Below are positions 40,815 to 51,080 of a stretch of 64,000 nucleotides of DNA, in pieces. Position 1 is the stretch's first letter. Each line of letters begins with the position of its first letter. Origin of the DNA: Deferribacterales bacterium. Its GTDB lineage: Bacteria; Chrysiogenota; Deferribacteres; Deferribacterales; Geovibrionaceae. The notes under the pieces are model-generated. The model worked only from the letters and a program-made list of their open reading frames with translations, had not been told where the DNA came from and did not search any database. The DNA is taken from positions 32,001 to 96,000 of the forward strand of contig JBFWLW010000008.1 in the NCBI GenBank assembly GCA_050251945.1, in the 5' to 3' direction. The position numbers and the translations under genes were made by a program.

Positions 40815-42023
40815 CTAAGTGGGCATGCTGGAGATTAGGGTGAAAATGGGCCCCATCAGCCCTATCATTATGACCAGCATGAACAACCCCACAACCCCTA
40901 TGACTATAGGCTCTATCATCTTGGAAATGTTCTGCGCTATGGTATCGACTTTATAGTAATAGTATTCAGCTACGTTGCCCAGCTGATTGTCAAGGTTTCC
41001 GGTCTGCTCCCCTATCCCCACCATTCTGGTGATTATCTTCGGATACATCTTCTGTTCCGCCAGAGCGGATGAAAACGACCGTCCGCCTGCTATCATATCC
41101 CTCGCCGCGGCTATCGAACGCTTGTAAACAAGGTTTGGAAGGCTCTCTTCCATTATGTTCAGCGCGGAATAAAGCGGCAGTCCGGCGGATATCATAAGTC
41201 TGATATATTCGGCAATAAAGGCATAGTTATAATTTTTGACTATCATCCCGAAGACCGGCAGACGCGTGATTATCCTGTCGGTGACAAACCTGTATTCCTC
41301 AACCTTTCTGCGCAGGATGCCGTTCAGGGTGATAACCCCGAAAACAACCAGCGCCACCAGAATTATGTAGTTTTCCAGAAATCCGGAAAGACCCATTATG
41401 AATCTGGTGGTGGGCGGAAGCTCTATGTTGAACGATTTGAACGCCTCTATCATTTTCGGCATGACAACCACAAGCCAGAAAACCATCACGCCTATCATGG
41501 CGACGAAAGCGAACGAAGGGTAGATAAGTGCCGATTTTGTTTTTGTTTTAAGGTCTGATATTTTTTTAAGGTGCTCGGCGGCATTCTTAAGGGTGTTGTC
41601 CAGCTGTCCCGTCTCCTCGCCGATACGCACAAGGTTCACCACCATTCCGGTAAAGACCTTTTCATATTTTGACATGGCGCGGGAAAATGTCATTCCAGTC
41701 TGTATGCGGTAGCTCATATCATTCAGCATATCTGCCACGGCTGGGTTTTCGCTGTCCGCAGCAAGATCCATCAGACCGGAGTTAACAGGCAGACCGGATT
41801 TCACAATCATATGGAGGTTGTCGATTACCTCCACTATTTCGGATGTCTGTATCTTCTTCTTTCTGTTCAGAAATCTTGCGTACGAAGGGAGTTTGGCAAC
41901 CCCGATGACGTTTGAGCCGAAACTTAAGACATAGCCGTTTATGTCGGCATCGCTTTCGACCTCAATTATTTTTGACGTAATCCTGCCTGTATGGTCAAGC
42001 AGTCTTATCCTGTAGACCTGCAT
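40815..42023 (-). CDS. Type II secretion/type IV pilus platform protein (GspF/PilC/MshG family)
   Basis: GEETGQLD, ALIYP, GEQTGNLD, IEPIVI duplicated T2SSF domains. Confidence 0.93.
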   Translation of the reverse strand: MQVYRIRLLDHTGRITSKIIEVESDADINGYVLSFGSNVIGVAKLPSYARFLNRKKKIQTSEIVEVIDNLHMIVKSGLPVNSGLMDLAADSENPAVADMLNDMSYRIQTGMTFSRAMSKYEKVFTGMVVNLVRIGEETGQLDNTLKNAAEHLKKISDLKTKTKSALIYPSFAFVAMIGVMVFWLVVVMPKMIEAFKSFNIELPPTTRFIMGLSGFLENYIILVALVVFGVITLNGILRRKVEEYRFVTDRIITRLPVFGMIVKNYNYAFIAEYIRLMISAGLPLYSALNIMEESLPNLVYKRSIAAARDMIAGGRSFSSALAEQKMYPKIITRMVGIGEQTGNLDNQLGNVAEYYYYKVDTIAQNISKMIEPIVIGVVGLFMLVIMIGLMGPIFTLISSMPT

Positions 42024-43693
42024 TAAAGTGCGACCCTCAGAATCTCTTCGGGAGTAGTGATGCCTTTCATCATCTTAAGCAGCCCCGCTTCAAGTATAGG
42101 TATCATACCGGATTCAACAGCCTTGGTGTATATCTTAAGTGGTGAAGCGCCGGATACTATAAGGTCTCCCACTTCGTCGGTTATCTCCAGCAGTTCGCTT
42201 ATGACCCCCCTGCCGGAATATCCAGTACCTTTGCACATCTCACATCCGTCTCCGCGCATATATTTAACGTCGTAATCAGGGGAGATGCCGTTTCGTGCCA
42301 GCATCTCTTCGGGGATCCCCATCTTGATAAGCTCGGAACCCTTTATCACAGCCTCTTTGCGGCAGAAGATGCAGACCTTGCGAACCAGTCTCTGGGCAAG
42401 TATCCCGCCCACGCCTGACGCTATCATGTAATCTTTTATATTCATCTCAAGCAGTCTAGGGATAGCAGTTACCGCATCGTTTGTGTGCAGTGTTGAAAGC
42501 ACAAGGTGACCTGTTATAGCGGCGCGCATAGCCATTTCGGCTGTCTCTTCGTCGCGCATCTCGCCCAGGAGGATAACGTCGGGATCCTGACGCAGAAACG
42601 CACGCATGGCGCGGGCGAACGTATAGCCCGCCTTTTCGTTTACCTGCGTCTGCTTGATGAAAGGGAATTTGTATTCTATTGGGTCTTCCGCCGTGAGCAC
42701 TTTTCTTTGCAGGGAATTTATCTTACGCAGTGATGCGTACAGCGTGGTAGTCTTACCGGAACCTGTGGGTCCTGTGACCAGCAGGATGCCGTGGGGACGG
42801 GCAAGCTGTTTTTCAAGTCTTATCTGAGTGGACTTTTCAAAGCCGAGGCTGTCGAGGTTGAACAGCGAAACGTTCTTGCTGAGAATCCTCATAACAATGC
42901 CCTCGCCGTGTATGGTCGGGATGGAGGACACCCTTATATCGAAGTTCTCATCGAAAAAAGTATGGCTCATGGAGCCGTCCTGCGGAAGTCGCTGTTCGGC
43001 AATATCCATGTTCGACAATATCTTTATCCGCGAAGAGAGAGCCATGTGCATTTCGCTCTGGAAAACGTAAAAATGGCGGAGTATGCCGTCCACCCTGAAA
43101 AAAACATGTGTCGCCATGCTCTCCGGAGATATGTGGACGTCGGTTGCGCGGGTTATGATGGCGCTGTTAAGAATATGCTCCAGAAGCTGCGGAATCTCCG
43201 CAGACGAGCCTGACGAGGAATAGCGTTTCACTATTCTGTCAATCTCTTCATCTATGGGTTTTTCCAGAAGGAAATAATTAATCTCTATATTTTTAAGAAT
43301 TGAATCCCTGTCGCAGACGTATATATCGACCTCTTTTCCCGCCTTTCTTTTAAGGATGTCGATGGTATTGATATTGAACGGGTCGGCGACTGCGACAACA
43401 AGTTTTTCGGGTCTGTTCTCAAGTGGTATTATCTCAAGCTGTTTTGCCACGCTTTTGTCGAAGAGGCGCAGCGCGTCCTTTGACGGCGGGTGTTCGCTGA
43501 TGTCCATGTAGGGTTTGCCGGACTGTTTCGCAACGACGAGAGCTATCTCTCTGGGCGAAACGAAGGAAAGTTCTATGAGTATCTCGCCGAGCAGCCTGTC
43601 TCTGATCTTTTTAACATCCAGTGCGACCTGAATCTGCTCTTCCGTAACATATCCCAGCTCTTTAAGGAGCTGCCCCACTGTTTTTTTAGACAT
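42023..43693 (-). CDS. GspE/PilB/MshE-family assembly ATPase with N-terminal MshEN-like motif
   Basis: GPTGSGKTTTLY, EDPIEY, LRQDPDVILLGEMRD, TGHLVLSTLHTND, Zn-binding CxxC pairs. Confidence 0.95.
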   Translation of the reverse strand: MSKKTVGQLLKELGYVTEEQIQVALDVKKIRDRLLGEILIELSFVSPREIALVVAKQSGKPYMDISEHPPSKDALRLFDKSVAKQLEIIPLENRPEKLVVAVADPFNINTIDILKRKAGKEVDIYVCDRDSILKNIEINYFLLEKPIDEEIDRIVKRYSSSGSSAEIPQLLEHILNSAIITRATDVHISPESMATHVFFRVDGILRHFYVFQSEMHMALSSRIKILSNMDIAEQRLPQDGSMSHTFFDENFDIRVSSIPTIHGEGIVMRILSKNVSLFNLDSLGFEKSTQIRLEKQLARPHGILLVTGPTGSGKTTTLYASLRKINSLQRKVLTAEDPIEYKFPFIKQTQVNEKAGYTFARAMRAFLRQDPDVILLGEMRDEETAEMAMRAAITGHLVLSTLHTNDAVTAIPRLLEMNIKDYMIASGVGGILAQRLVRKVCIFCRKEAVIKGSELIKMGIPEEMLARNGISPDYDVKYMRGDGCEMCKGTGYSGRGVISELLEITDEVGDLIVSGASPLKIYTKAVESGMIPILEAGLLKMMKGITTPEEILRVAL

Positions 43694-43823
43694 GTTCAAC
43701 CCTCGGATAATAGGTCATAAAAATTTATTTCTTCACACGCGCATCGATATAGAATATGATTAGCGCTGGTATCCACAGCCGGATTATGTTATAGATTTTT
43801 CTTTTTATCAAGGAGAGATAAAA

Positions 43824-45539
43824 ATGAGATACAGCAGATTTTTCATCCCCACCCTGCGCGAGGTTCCCGCAGAGGCGGAGGTTGTAAGCCATAAACTGAT
43901 GCTCAGGGCGGGCATGATAAAAAAGCTGGCGTCGGGGGTTTATAACTATCTGCCGCTCGGGCTTATCGTCATCCGCAAGGTTGAGGACATAGTACGCAGA
44001 TGCATGAACGAAGCTGGAGCAATTGAGCTTTTGATGCCCTCCGTTCAGCCCGCAGAACTCTGGAAAGAATCAGGACGATGGAACTATTACGGCAAAGAGC
44101 TTCTGCGCATCAAAGACCGCCACGACAGAGAATTCTGTTACGGTCCCACCCACGAAGAGGTAATCACCGACGTGGTGCGCAGCTTCATCAGCTCATACAA
44201 AAACCTGCCTATCAATCTTTATCAGATACAGACAAAATTCCGCGACGAGGTTCGACCCCGTTTCGGTCTCATGCGCGGACGCGAATTCGTTATGAAGGAT
44301 GCATACTCGTTCGATATGGACGATGCGGGCGCGAACACCAGCTATGAAAACATGCGTCAGGCATACTGCCGCATTTTCGAGGCGTGCGGACTTAAATATA
44401 AAGTCGTCGATGCTGACACAGGCTCCATCGGCGGTTCATTCTCACACGAATTCATGGTTCTTGCCGACACAGGCGAGGACTTCGTTATAAGCTGTGATTC
44501 ATGCGACTATTCGGCAAACCTTGAAAAAGCCGTATGCGTCGATGAATATACAAAACCTTCGGACGAGCTTAAGCCGTCCGAAGACGTCGACACCCCAAAG
44601 GCAAAAACAGTCGAAGAGGTTGCGGCGTTCCTTAACCTCCCCTCGTCTTCCATAGCCAAAACAATGATCGTCCGCGTTGACGATAAGCTCGTCGGCATCA
44701 TGGTGCGCGGCGACCACGAAATGAACATGGCGAAGGTGAAAAACTATTTCAGCGCAACCACGGTTGAGCTTGCAAGCCACGAAGAGATAGAAGAAGCCAC
44801 CGGCGGTCCAATGGGCTTTTCCGGCCCCGTCGGCATGAAGGTTCCCGTTTACGGCGATTTTGCCGTTGCCTCAATGGTTAACTACTGCGTGGGTGCAAAC
44901 CTGAAAGAGAAGCACACACTGAATGTCAACCACGGCAGAGATTTTGACTTTGCAGACATTGACGACTTCCGCAACGCAAACCCAGGCGACAGATGCTGTA
45001 AATGCGGCGGAAAATACGTTATTACAAAAGGTATCGAGGTCGGGCACATCTTCAAACTCGGTACAAAATACTCCGCATCAATGAACGCCACTTTCCTTGA
45101 CAAAGAAGGCAAAAGACAGCCTTTCATCATGGGATGCTACGGAATAGGCGTAACCCGCGTAGCCGCATCGGCCATTGAACAGAACCACGACGAGAAAGGC
45201 ATCGTATGGCCCGTTCAGCTGGCACCCTTTAAGGTCTGCGTGGTTCCTCTCGCTGTCAAAGACGAAGAGGTTATGAAAAATGCGGAAGCAATATACAATA
45301 TTCTGAACCGGATGGGGCTTGAACCCATCATAGATGACAGGGACGAACGCGCAGGCGTTAAATTCAACGACGCTGAGCTTATCGGCATTCCGGTGCGCAT
45401 CACAATTGGAAAGAAAACTCTGGAAAAGGGATGCGTTGAGATCACTGTCAGAAAGACCGGAATAACGGAAGAAATATCCGTTGAGAATTGCACGGAACGT
45501 GCAGCGGCAATAATACAGGAATTGTCACAAAACTGTTAA
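43824..45539 (+). CDS. proS: Proline--tRNA ligase (bacterial type with editing domain)
   Basis: SHKLMLRAG, GPTHEE, FRDEVRPRFGLMRGREF, GIEVGHIFKLG, MGCYGIG. Confidence 0.98.
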   Translation: MRYSRFFIPTLREVPAEAEVVSHKLMLRAGMIKKLASGVYNYLPLGLIVIRKVEDIVRRCMNEAGAIELLMPSVQPAELWKESGRWNYYGKELLRIKDRHDREFCYGPTHEEVITDVVRSFISSYKNLPINLYQIQTKFRDEVRPRFGLMRGREFVMKDAYSFDMDDAGANTSYENMRQAYCRIFEACGLKYKVVDADTGSIGGSFSHEFMVLADTGEDFVISCDSCDYSANLEKAVCVDEYTKPSDELKPSEDVDTPKAKTVEEVAAFLNLPSSSIAKTMIVRVDDKLVGIMVRGDHEMNMAKVKNYFSATTVELASHEEIEEATGGPMGFSGPVGMKVPVYGDFAVASMVNYCVGANLKEKHTLNVNHGRDFDFADIDDFRNANPGDRCCKCGGKYVITKGIEVGHIFKLGTKYSASMNATFLDKEGKRQPFIMGCYGIGVTRVAASAIEQNHDEKGIVWPVQLAPFKVCVVPLAVKDEEVMKNAEAIYNILNRMGLEPIIDDRDERAGVKFNDAELIGIPVRITIGKKTLEKGCVEITVRKTGITEEISVENCTERAAAIIQELSQNC

Positions 45540-45646
45540 TAAAAGCACAGCAATGATTTACGCCTGAACAGCCTATGTCGGATAATATCTTGATATAATC
45601 GGCAGTTTCGGGTAAAATTGATAATTAAATTTTTAACGGAGGCGGA

Positions 45647-46567
45647 ATGAAGAAGAAATATACGGTCATGATTTTCGATGAGTCACGACTCGGCGAAGTA
45701 AAGACCCGTAAGTTCAGCGGACGCGTTGTTGCCGGTGTTCTTGCCTTCAGCGCCGTTTTTGCCGCTGTATCGTGTGTCGGATTTTACAAACTCAGCCAGC
45801 TCCACAAAGAAAAAGCAGTTCTCCTCACATATAAATCAGAAAATGAAAAACTCAAAAATCAGATTGCCGGCTACGAAAACCAGATGGTCGTTATCAACGA
45901 CAAGCTGGCTTCCGTTGTCGAGCTTGAGGAGAAGGTCAGAGGTCTTGCATCTTTCGGGGGCAAAGCTCTCGGCGAAAAGAAACAGCTCGCAATGGGCGGT
46001 AAAGAGCTTGACCCGGTTACTGACATAACAAAAGCAAACGAGCAGAAGGATAAGGACTATTTCAAAGACCTTTCCAACACCCTTTCAAGCCTCGGTTCAG
46101 ACCTTGAAAAAAGAGCGATGAGCCTCACAGAGCTTGCCGACATGCTCGAAAAGCAGAAACTCGTTTTAAGTTCAACACCTTCCATCTGGCCGACAAGCGG
46201 CTGGATATCAAGCCGTTTCGGCTACAGAATATCTCCCTTTACAGGAAGACGCGTATTCCACGAAGGTCTTGACATAGCTGCAAAATACGGCGCACCTGTC
46301 CGCGCAGCGGCAAAAGGCACCGTTATTTTCTCCGGACGCAAGAACGGATACGGCAAGATCGTCATAATAGACCACGGATTCGGCTATATGACAAAATATG
46401 CTCACAACAGCAATATACTTGTTAAGGCGGGACAGAGAGTTTCCAAAGGTGACAGGATAGCTCAGGTGGGCAACACAGGACGAAGCACAGGACCCCACGT
46501 CCACTACGAAGTGCTTGTTAACGGAGTTCCGGTGAATCCGGCGCGCTTCATTGTCGGAGCGAAATAA
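45647..46567 (+). CDS. M23-family peptidase with TM and coiled coil
   Basis: HEGLDIA, YAHNS, STGPHVHYEV. Confidence 0.93.
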   Translation: MKKKYTVMIFDESRLGEVKTRKFSGRVVAGVLAFSAVFAAVSCVGFYKLSQLHKEKAVLLTYKSENEKLKNQIAGYENQMVVINDKLASVVELEEKVRGLASFGGKALGEKKQLAMGGKELDPVTDITKANEQKDKDYFKDLSNTLSSLGSDLEKRAMSLTELADMLEKQKLVLSSTPSIWPTSGWISSRFGYRISPFTGRRVFHEGLDIAAKYGAPVRAAAKGTVIFSGRKNGYGKIVIIDHGFGYMTKYAHNSNILVKAGQRVSKGDRIAQVGNTGRSTGPHVHYEVLVNGVPVNPARFIVGAK

Positions 46568-46580
46568 GACACATCATCAC

Positions 46581-46607
46581 AGCCCGCTTTCAAGCGGGCT
46601 TTTTTTA
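46581..46607 (+). terminator. Rho-independent terminator
   Basis: AGCCCGCTT-TC-AAGCGGGCT followed by a T-run. Confidence 0.85.
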
Positions 46608-46681
46608 TCACATATTTACAGTTCAGGTTTGAAGTGAAATCCCTAGAGCACTTAACGCAGGTTATGTCGTATACCGAAAGA

Positions 46682-46764
46682 CGGGATTGCTTCACCCTAA
46701 AGGGGTTCGCAAAGACGAATAGAAAGCCCGTCTTCGCGAGGAGCACAGCGACGACGCGATCCCG
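46682..46764. repeat. Paired REP-like element, copy E
   Basis: cgggattgc...caaagac / gtcttcgcg...gcgatcccg between convergent genes. Confidence 0.85.
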
Positions 46765-46816
46765 CATTTATCTTTTTGCTCGGCATATGACATCTATTTC
46801 GTTAAATGCTCTAAAT

Positions 46817-47467
46817 TTATATTCCGCTGAATATATATGCAACATTGGTCGTGTTGCTGCCCGTTACTTTTCCGCCGGAAACACAGTCACCGTTTGAAGC
46901 GGTCCAACTTGCTCCTGCAAAGGCGTTTCCGCTCAAGCGCCTTATCTTCCCCGTTGATGCACCGTTATCGGAAGCGGGCGTATCTGAATCGACACTTATC
47001 TCCAGAGCAAAAGCGGCGGCACATTCCACATTGCGAAGAACAACCATATTCATCGGCACACTGTTTCCAGCGCTGTCGGTGATCGTTGTTCCTGCGAAAT
47101 ACATATACCCGCCCCGCTGTGTCGATGAAAGCTGGCTGTTCGGAGTGCCGGAGGGTAAAAACCCGAGATTTTTGAGTTCGTCAAAGGCAAAATCCGCATC
47201 GCCTGAGTTTCCTGACGTATTATCGGGAATTGCGGAATTAAGGGTCTGAAAATCTATGATACCGTCGTCATCGCTGTCTCCGGCGTATCTTCCTGTTCTT
47301 TCAATGAATTTATTCTGCGCATCTACAAACACAGTAACATCTGCGGCAACCTTTTTTCCTCTGGAATTTTCTATCAGTCCCAGTCCCCTGATAGCCATCG
47401 TTATGATAATACCGATTATAACCAGCACAATGGCAAGCTCTACCAGAGTGAAGCCCTTCGCAGACAT
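46817..47467 (-). CDS. Prepilin-type (pilin/pseudopilin) protein
   Basis: MSAKG/FTLVELAIVLVIIG class III signal with E5; C-terminal Cys pair; GAGGTG SD. Confidence 0.9.
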   Translation of the reverse strand: MSAKGFTLVELAIVLVIIGIIITMAIRGLGLIENSRGKKVAADVTVFVDAQNKFIERTGRYAGDSDDDGIIDFQTLNSAIPDNTSGNSGDADFAFDELKNLGFLPSGTPNSQLSSTQRGGYMYFAGTTITDSAGNSVPMNMVVLRNVECAAAFALEISVDSDTPASDNGASTGKIRRLSGNAFAGASWTASNGDCVSGGKVTGSNTTNVAYIFSGI

Positions 47468-47475
47468 TGAACACC

Positions 47476-48531
47476 TCATCTGTTTATAACAAGCATAAAT
47501 ACAGGACCCTCGCCGGTATTTTCAGCGGTAAGCTTTCCGCCCATGCCTGCCGCGACGTTTCGGCAGTGAAAAAGCCCTATGCCCAGTCCGTTCACCTTGC
47601 CGGAGAAGAATGGTTCAAATATCTTTTCGCAGTCGGCAATTGGCGAGCCTGTGTCTCTGAACTTCATCACATAACCGGAATCATTCTCCGAAACATCAAC
47701 GAAAAGGCTGATCCCGCGTTCCGATATGCTCTTATCATAGAAGTTCTTTATGATATTTTCAATAATAACGGTAAGACCTCTTTTGCGCGCAGTTATGACC
47801 ATATCAGCAGGCGTGGCGGAATGGATGCTCACCCCGTATATCCCCGCCGCGTCGGATACTATTGTCATAGGCGTAAGCTTTTCCGGCAGACTGTCCATCT
47901 CCGGCTGTGTACTGTTGAGAGCTGACAGTATCTTGTCCGCACGCACCTTAAGACCCGGCAGGCTCTTCTGCATATATCGCACAAGTCTGCGGTATCCGGC
48001 GTCGTCTTCCACCTGTTTCAGATTGAATTCAAGCACGTTGACAAACTGGATGAGATTTTTAACATCATGATTGATAAAGGTCTGAAGCTCAACTGATTTA
48101 CGAAACGCTTTCTGTGCCGCCGTGGTCTGTATGTTAACATCCGCTTTCAGCAGGAGGAATATGACCTCCACAAGCACCTTGGTTATAAAATCCGACTCTA
48201 TGAACCTGAATCCCGGAACGATATCAATATATACCGTGTATTCCGCGGTATGAACGAACTTTGTCATGGATTTTTTCTGCGAAACGTTTCTGCGAACATA
48301 TTCAACATTATGATAGAAAAGATAATATCCGAAATCTATGATACCCGCCTTTTTAAGGAACGGTTCAAGGTGGCGCAGAAGCATAACGGGATCGAATCCG
48401 TCCACCTCGTTCATTTTAATAAGCTGGGAAATTATACCTAAATATCTGTTGGTGACGTACTTTACTGAAAGATGGCTTAATATGATTATCAAACCGGCAG
48501 TGACAAGGGCAATGACGAGATAATCAAGCAT
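47476..48531 (-). CDS. Sensor histidine kinase (PrsK-like H-box)
   Basis: N-terminal TM, FINHDVKNL, DTGS, FEPFFSGK, GLGIGL. Confidence 0.85.
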   Translation of the reverse strand: MLDYLVIALVTAGLIIILSHLSVKYVTNRYLGIISQLIKMNEVDGFDPVMLLRHLEPFLKKAGIIDFGYYLFYHNVEYVRRNVSQKKSMTKFVHTAEYTVYIDIVPGFRFIESDFITKVLVEVIFLLLKADVNIQTTAAQKAFRKSVELQTFINHDVKNLIQFVNVLEFNLKQVEDDAGYRRLVRYMQKSLPGLKVRADKILSALNSTQPEMDSLPEKLTPMTIVSDAAGIYGVSIHSATPADMVITARKRGLTVIIENIIKNFYDKSISERGISLFVDVSENDSGYVMKFRDTGSPIADCEKIFEPFFSGKVNGLGIGLFHCRNVAAGMGGKLTAENTGEGPVFMLVINR

Positions 48532-49123
48532 CTGGCTTTCTGGAGAGGTTGAATTTTTTTATGAAATAATAAAGGCTCTCCCGTTTAACGCCGAGTATCT
48601 TTGCAGACTGGTAAACGTTGAACCCCGTGTCGTTAAGAACTTTGAGAATAATATTTTTCTCTGCAAGCTCTCTCAGCTTTTGCAGACCGTCGCCTATCTT
48701 AACCTGAAACTCTATCTTTTCGACGCCCTGTTTCTGGAGTTCCTTTTCAGTGGAGATAAAAAGTTCCGCCCGCTCTATGGAATAAAAGAGCTGTTCCATC
48801 TTTACAGGTTTCAGCAGGAAATCAAACACTCCGCGCTCCAGAGCGCTCATTGCGCACTCTTTCGTGGACTGTCCTGTCAGCACTATTATCTTGCATTGGG
48901 ATATGGAAAGAAGGTTTTCTATGACCTTAAGACCTTCAATGGGGCTTTGCTCGTTAGGCGGCAGACCGAGATCCACAACAGCCACGTCAAAAGTCGTCTT
49001 TTCAGCTTCCGCAATGGCATCGGGAGCATTTGAAGCCTCTGTCACATCATATTTTTTTTCCATGGCGAAACAAAGCTGGCTTCTTATCGCCTCGTCGTCT
49101 TCGACTACTAATATTCGCAGCAT
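48524..49123 (-). CDS. Response regulator, REC plus Fis-type HTH, no AAA+ domain
   Basis: VVEDD, DLGLPP, LTGQ, KP; C-terminal NVYQSAKILGVKRESLY. Confidence 0.88.
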   Translation of the reverse strand: MLRILVVEDDEAIRSQLCFAMEKKYDVTEASNAPDAIAEAEKTTFDVAVVDLGLPPNEQSPIEGLKVIENLLSISQCKIIVLTGQSTKECAMSALERGVFDFLLKPVKMEQLFYSIERAELFISTEKELQKQGVEKIEFQVKIGDGLQKLRELAEKNIILKVLNDTGFNVYQSAKILGVKRESLYYFIKKFNLSRKPDA

Positions 49124-49173
49124 TTTAACATCAATTCTCTTGAAATAGTTTGATTGCCATAGTATTGTTGCTT

Positions 49174-50553
49174 ATGAAATTATTCAGTGCCGAACTGTCG
49201 GGTTCCGGCGGGACAACAACTGCTAAAGCCGTGGTAATGCAGAAAAAAGGCAGAGCCTTTTCCATGCTTAAATATTATACCACGGATGTTGATAATATCC
49301 AGCATCTTTCCAAAGGAATGCCCTTAAACATTGGAATAAATTATTTCGATACCATAGAGGAAACGGTCACACTCCCTCCTGTAAAGGATTCCGAAACGTT
49401 CAGAATAATTTCGATGAACAAGCTGAAAGAGAACATGGATCCGTCTGTGGAATACCTTATGGCTTACAAAGCGAACGCGTCCGCTCTGCCGGATTCATCG
49501 GGCAGTCTGACATATAAAGTCCTGCTGGTTCCCTCCTCAATGCTTTACGAAGATTCCGGATTGCCGGAAGAGACCATGGGACAGCTCAATATGTTTACTG
49601 TTTCCGACTTTGCACTGTGCGCGCTGGTAAACAAATATTTCCCTGACAGGACAGTGTTCCACGCATTTGCAGACGAAACAAGGATATGCGTGACTATCTG
49701 CGTCAACGACTACATTCTGTACACAAGAAACAACCCCACCGAAAAAGGATCGAACCTTTTAAGTGCATATTACGAATATCTTAACCTGACATACATGTAC
49801 GCGACAAAAAACCTGAGGCTGAAAATTGACAATATCGTATTTTCCGGCAAACTTGCCGATATGAGCGAGCTTGTCACCATGTTTTATGAGTTCTCCGGAG
49901 TCGCGCAATCCACCCTTATCCCTGCCGGAGTGGTGGAAAACTGCCCCAACGACATCTTTCAGGAATACATGATACCCATCTCGCTGTGTTATCTGGACAG
50001 CGCATACGACATGACCCCAGCACCAATCATAAAAAAACAGGCGACGTCCTATGCGACAGGCATAATGAACGTCGCGGCACTGCTCTGCATCATGCTGCTT
50101 CTGTTTATGAATATGTCCGCACTGGCAAATCTTTACGAAAACAGAGAAACTATGACACTGCAGGCGCAGGCGCTTAGCGGAAGGATAAAAAACTATCTCA
50201 CGGAAGTGTCAACGGGACACGGAAAGCATTTCGACCTGCACTATTACCGCACGCTGGAAAAGAGACAGCAGAGCGTCCCGAGGGAATTCGGCATGTTCGC
50301 CCCTCTTCTGGCTCTCGGGAACTTTGACATAGTCACCTTCGACGCGTCAAAAGACGGCGAAAAAACCGTTGAGATAGGCGGCACTCTCCATTTCGGAAAA
50401 CTGGCGCAGATGGAGAATTTCAAAGAATCGCTCGAAAGCAAACTTGCCGGAATAACAAACGGAAGCGGCTATTCACTGGATAACGGAACCGTTTTCAAAA
50501 CAAACGAAATGTCTGTCACCGTAAAACTCCTCTTTAAGAAAGGGGGCGAGTGA
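49174..50553 (+). CDS. Putative pilus/T2SS inner-membrane alignment protein (PilM/PilN-like by position)
   Basis: Large cytoplasmic N-domain, one TM, first gene of the secretin operon; family assigned by context only. Confidence 0.55.
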   Translation: MKLFSAELSGSGGTTTAKAVVMQKKGRAFSMLKYYTTDVDNIQHLSKGMPLNIGINYFDTIEETVTLPPVKDSETFRIISMNKLKENMDPSVEYLMAYKANASALPDSSGSLTYKVLLVPSSMLYEDSGLPEETMGQLNMFTVSDFALCALVNKYFPDRTVFHAFADETRICVTICVNDYILYTRNNPTEKGSNLLSAYYEYLNLTYMYATKNLRLKIDNIVFSGKLADMSELVTMFYEFSGVAQSTLIPAGVVENCPNDIFQEYMIPISLCYLDSAYDMTPAPIIKKQATSYATGIMNVAALLCIMLLLFMNMSALANLYENRETMTLQAQALSGRIKNYLTEVSTGHGKHFDLHYYRTLEKRQQSVPREFGMFAPLLALGNFDIVTFDASKDGEKTVEIGGTLHFGKLAQMENFKESLESKLAGITNGSGYSLDNGTVFKTNEMSVTVKLLFKKGGE

Positions 50554-51080
50554 TGCACCGCATCAGGCAGGCGTTTCAAAGTTATAAGCTTCTGATAGCG
50601 TTCAGCAGTATGATATTTACCCTTTCCGTTCTGCTGATATGCATTGAGACAGTCAACAGCTCCATGGAAGATAACATTACAGACCTGCGCAGAACCGCCG
50701 CGCAATACAAGCCCGATAAAACCCGTGAAAAGCTCACTGAGCTTGAAAATGCGCTTGATGCCGCAAATCCGCCGTATCCCGCGCAAATTGAGGCGAAAAG
50801 GCTTCTGCTTGAAACACTGGAAAATTTCCGCACTCTTTACGGCGGAAAGATTCTCAACGATATAACGGATCAAGGCGGCTCTTTCAGCGCCGATCTGGAA
50901 TTTGAGATACAGCCCACAGACCCCTCGCAGATAACCGGTATAATCAACTATCTCGAAAACAGCATAGCTCCGGTTATAACAGTAAAAAAACTCTCTTTTT
51001 CAAGGTCTAACGACAAAAATACCGTACGTTTTCTCATAAGCGCAAACCAACCGTATTACGGCGGGGTCTATGAATATTAA
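50550..51080 (+). CDS. Putative PilO/GspM-like single-TM protein
   Basis: N-terminal TM, coiled segment, operon position. Confidence 0.5.
   Translation: MMHRIRQAFQSYKLLIAFSSMIFTLSVLLICIETVNSSMEDNITDLRRTAAQYKPDKTREKLTELENALDAANPPYPAQIEAKRLLLETLENFRTLYGGKILNDITDQGGSFSADLEFEIQPTDPSQITGIINYLENSIAPVITVKKLSFSRSNDKNTVRFLISANQPYYGGVYEY

Noticed and set aside
43700..43823. T-box or other leader RNA before proS
   Set aside because: Gap is only ~120 bp and shared with a divergent gene; no T-box consensus or terminator
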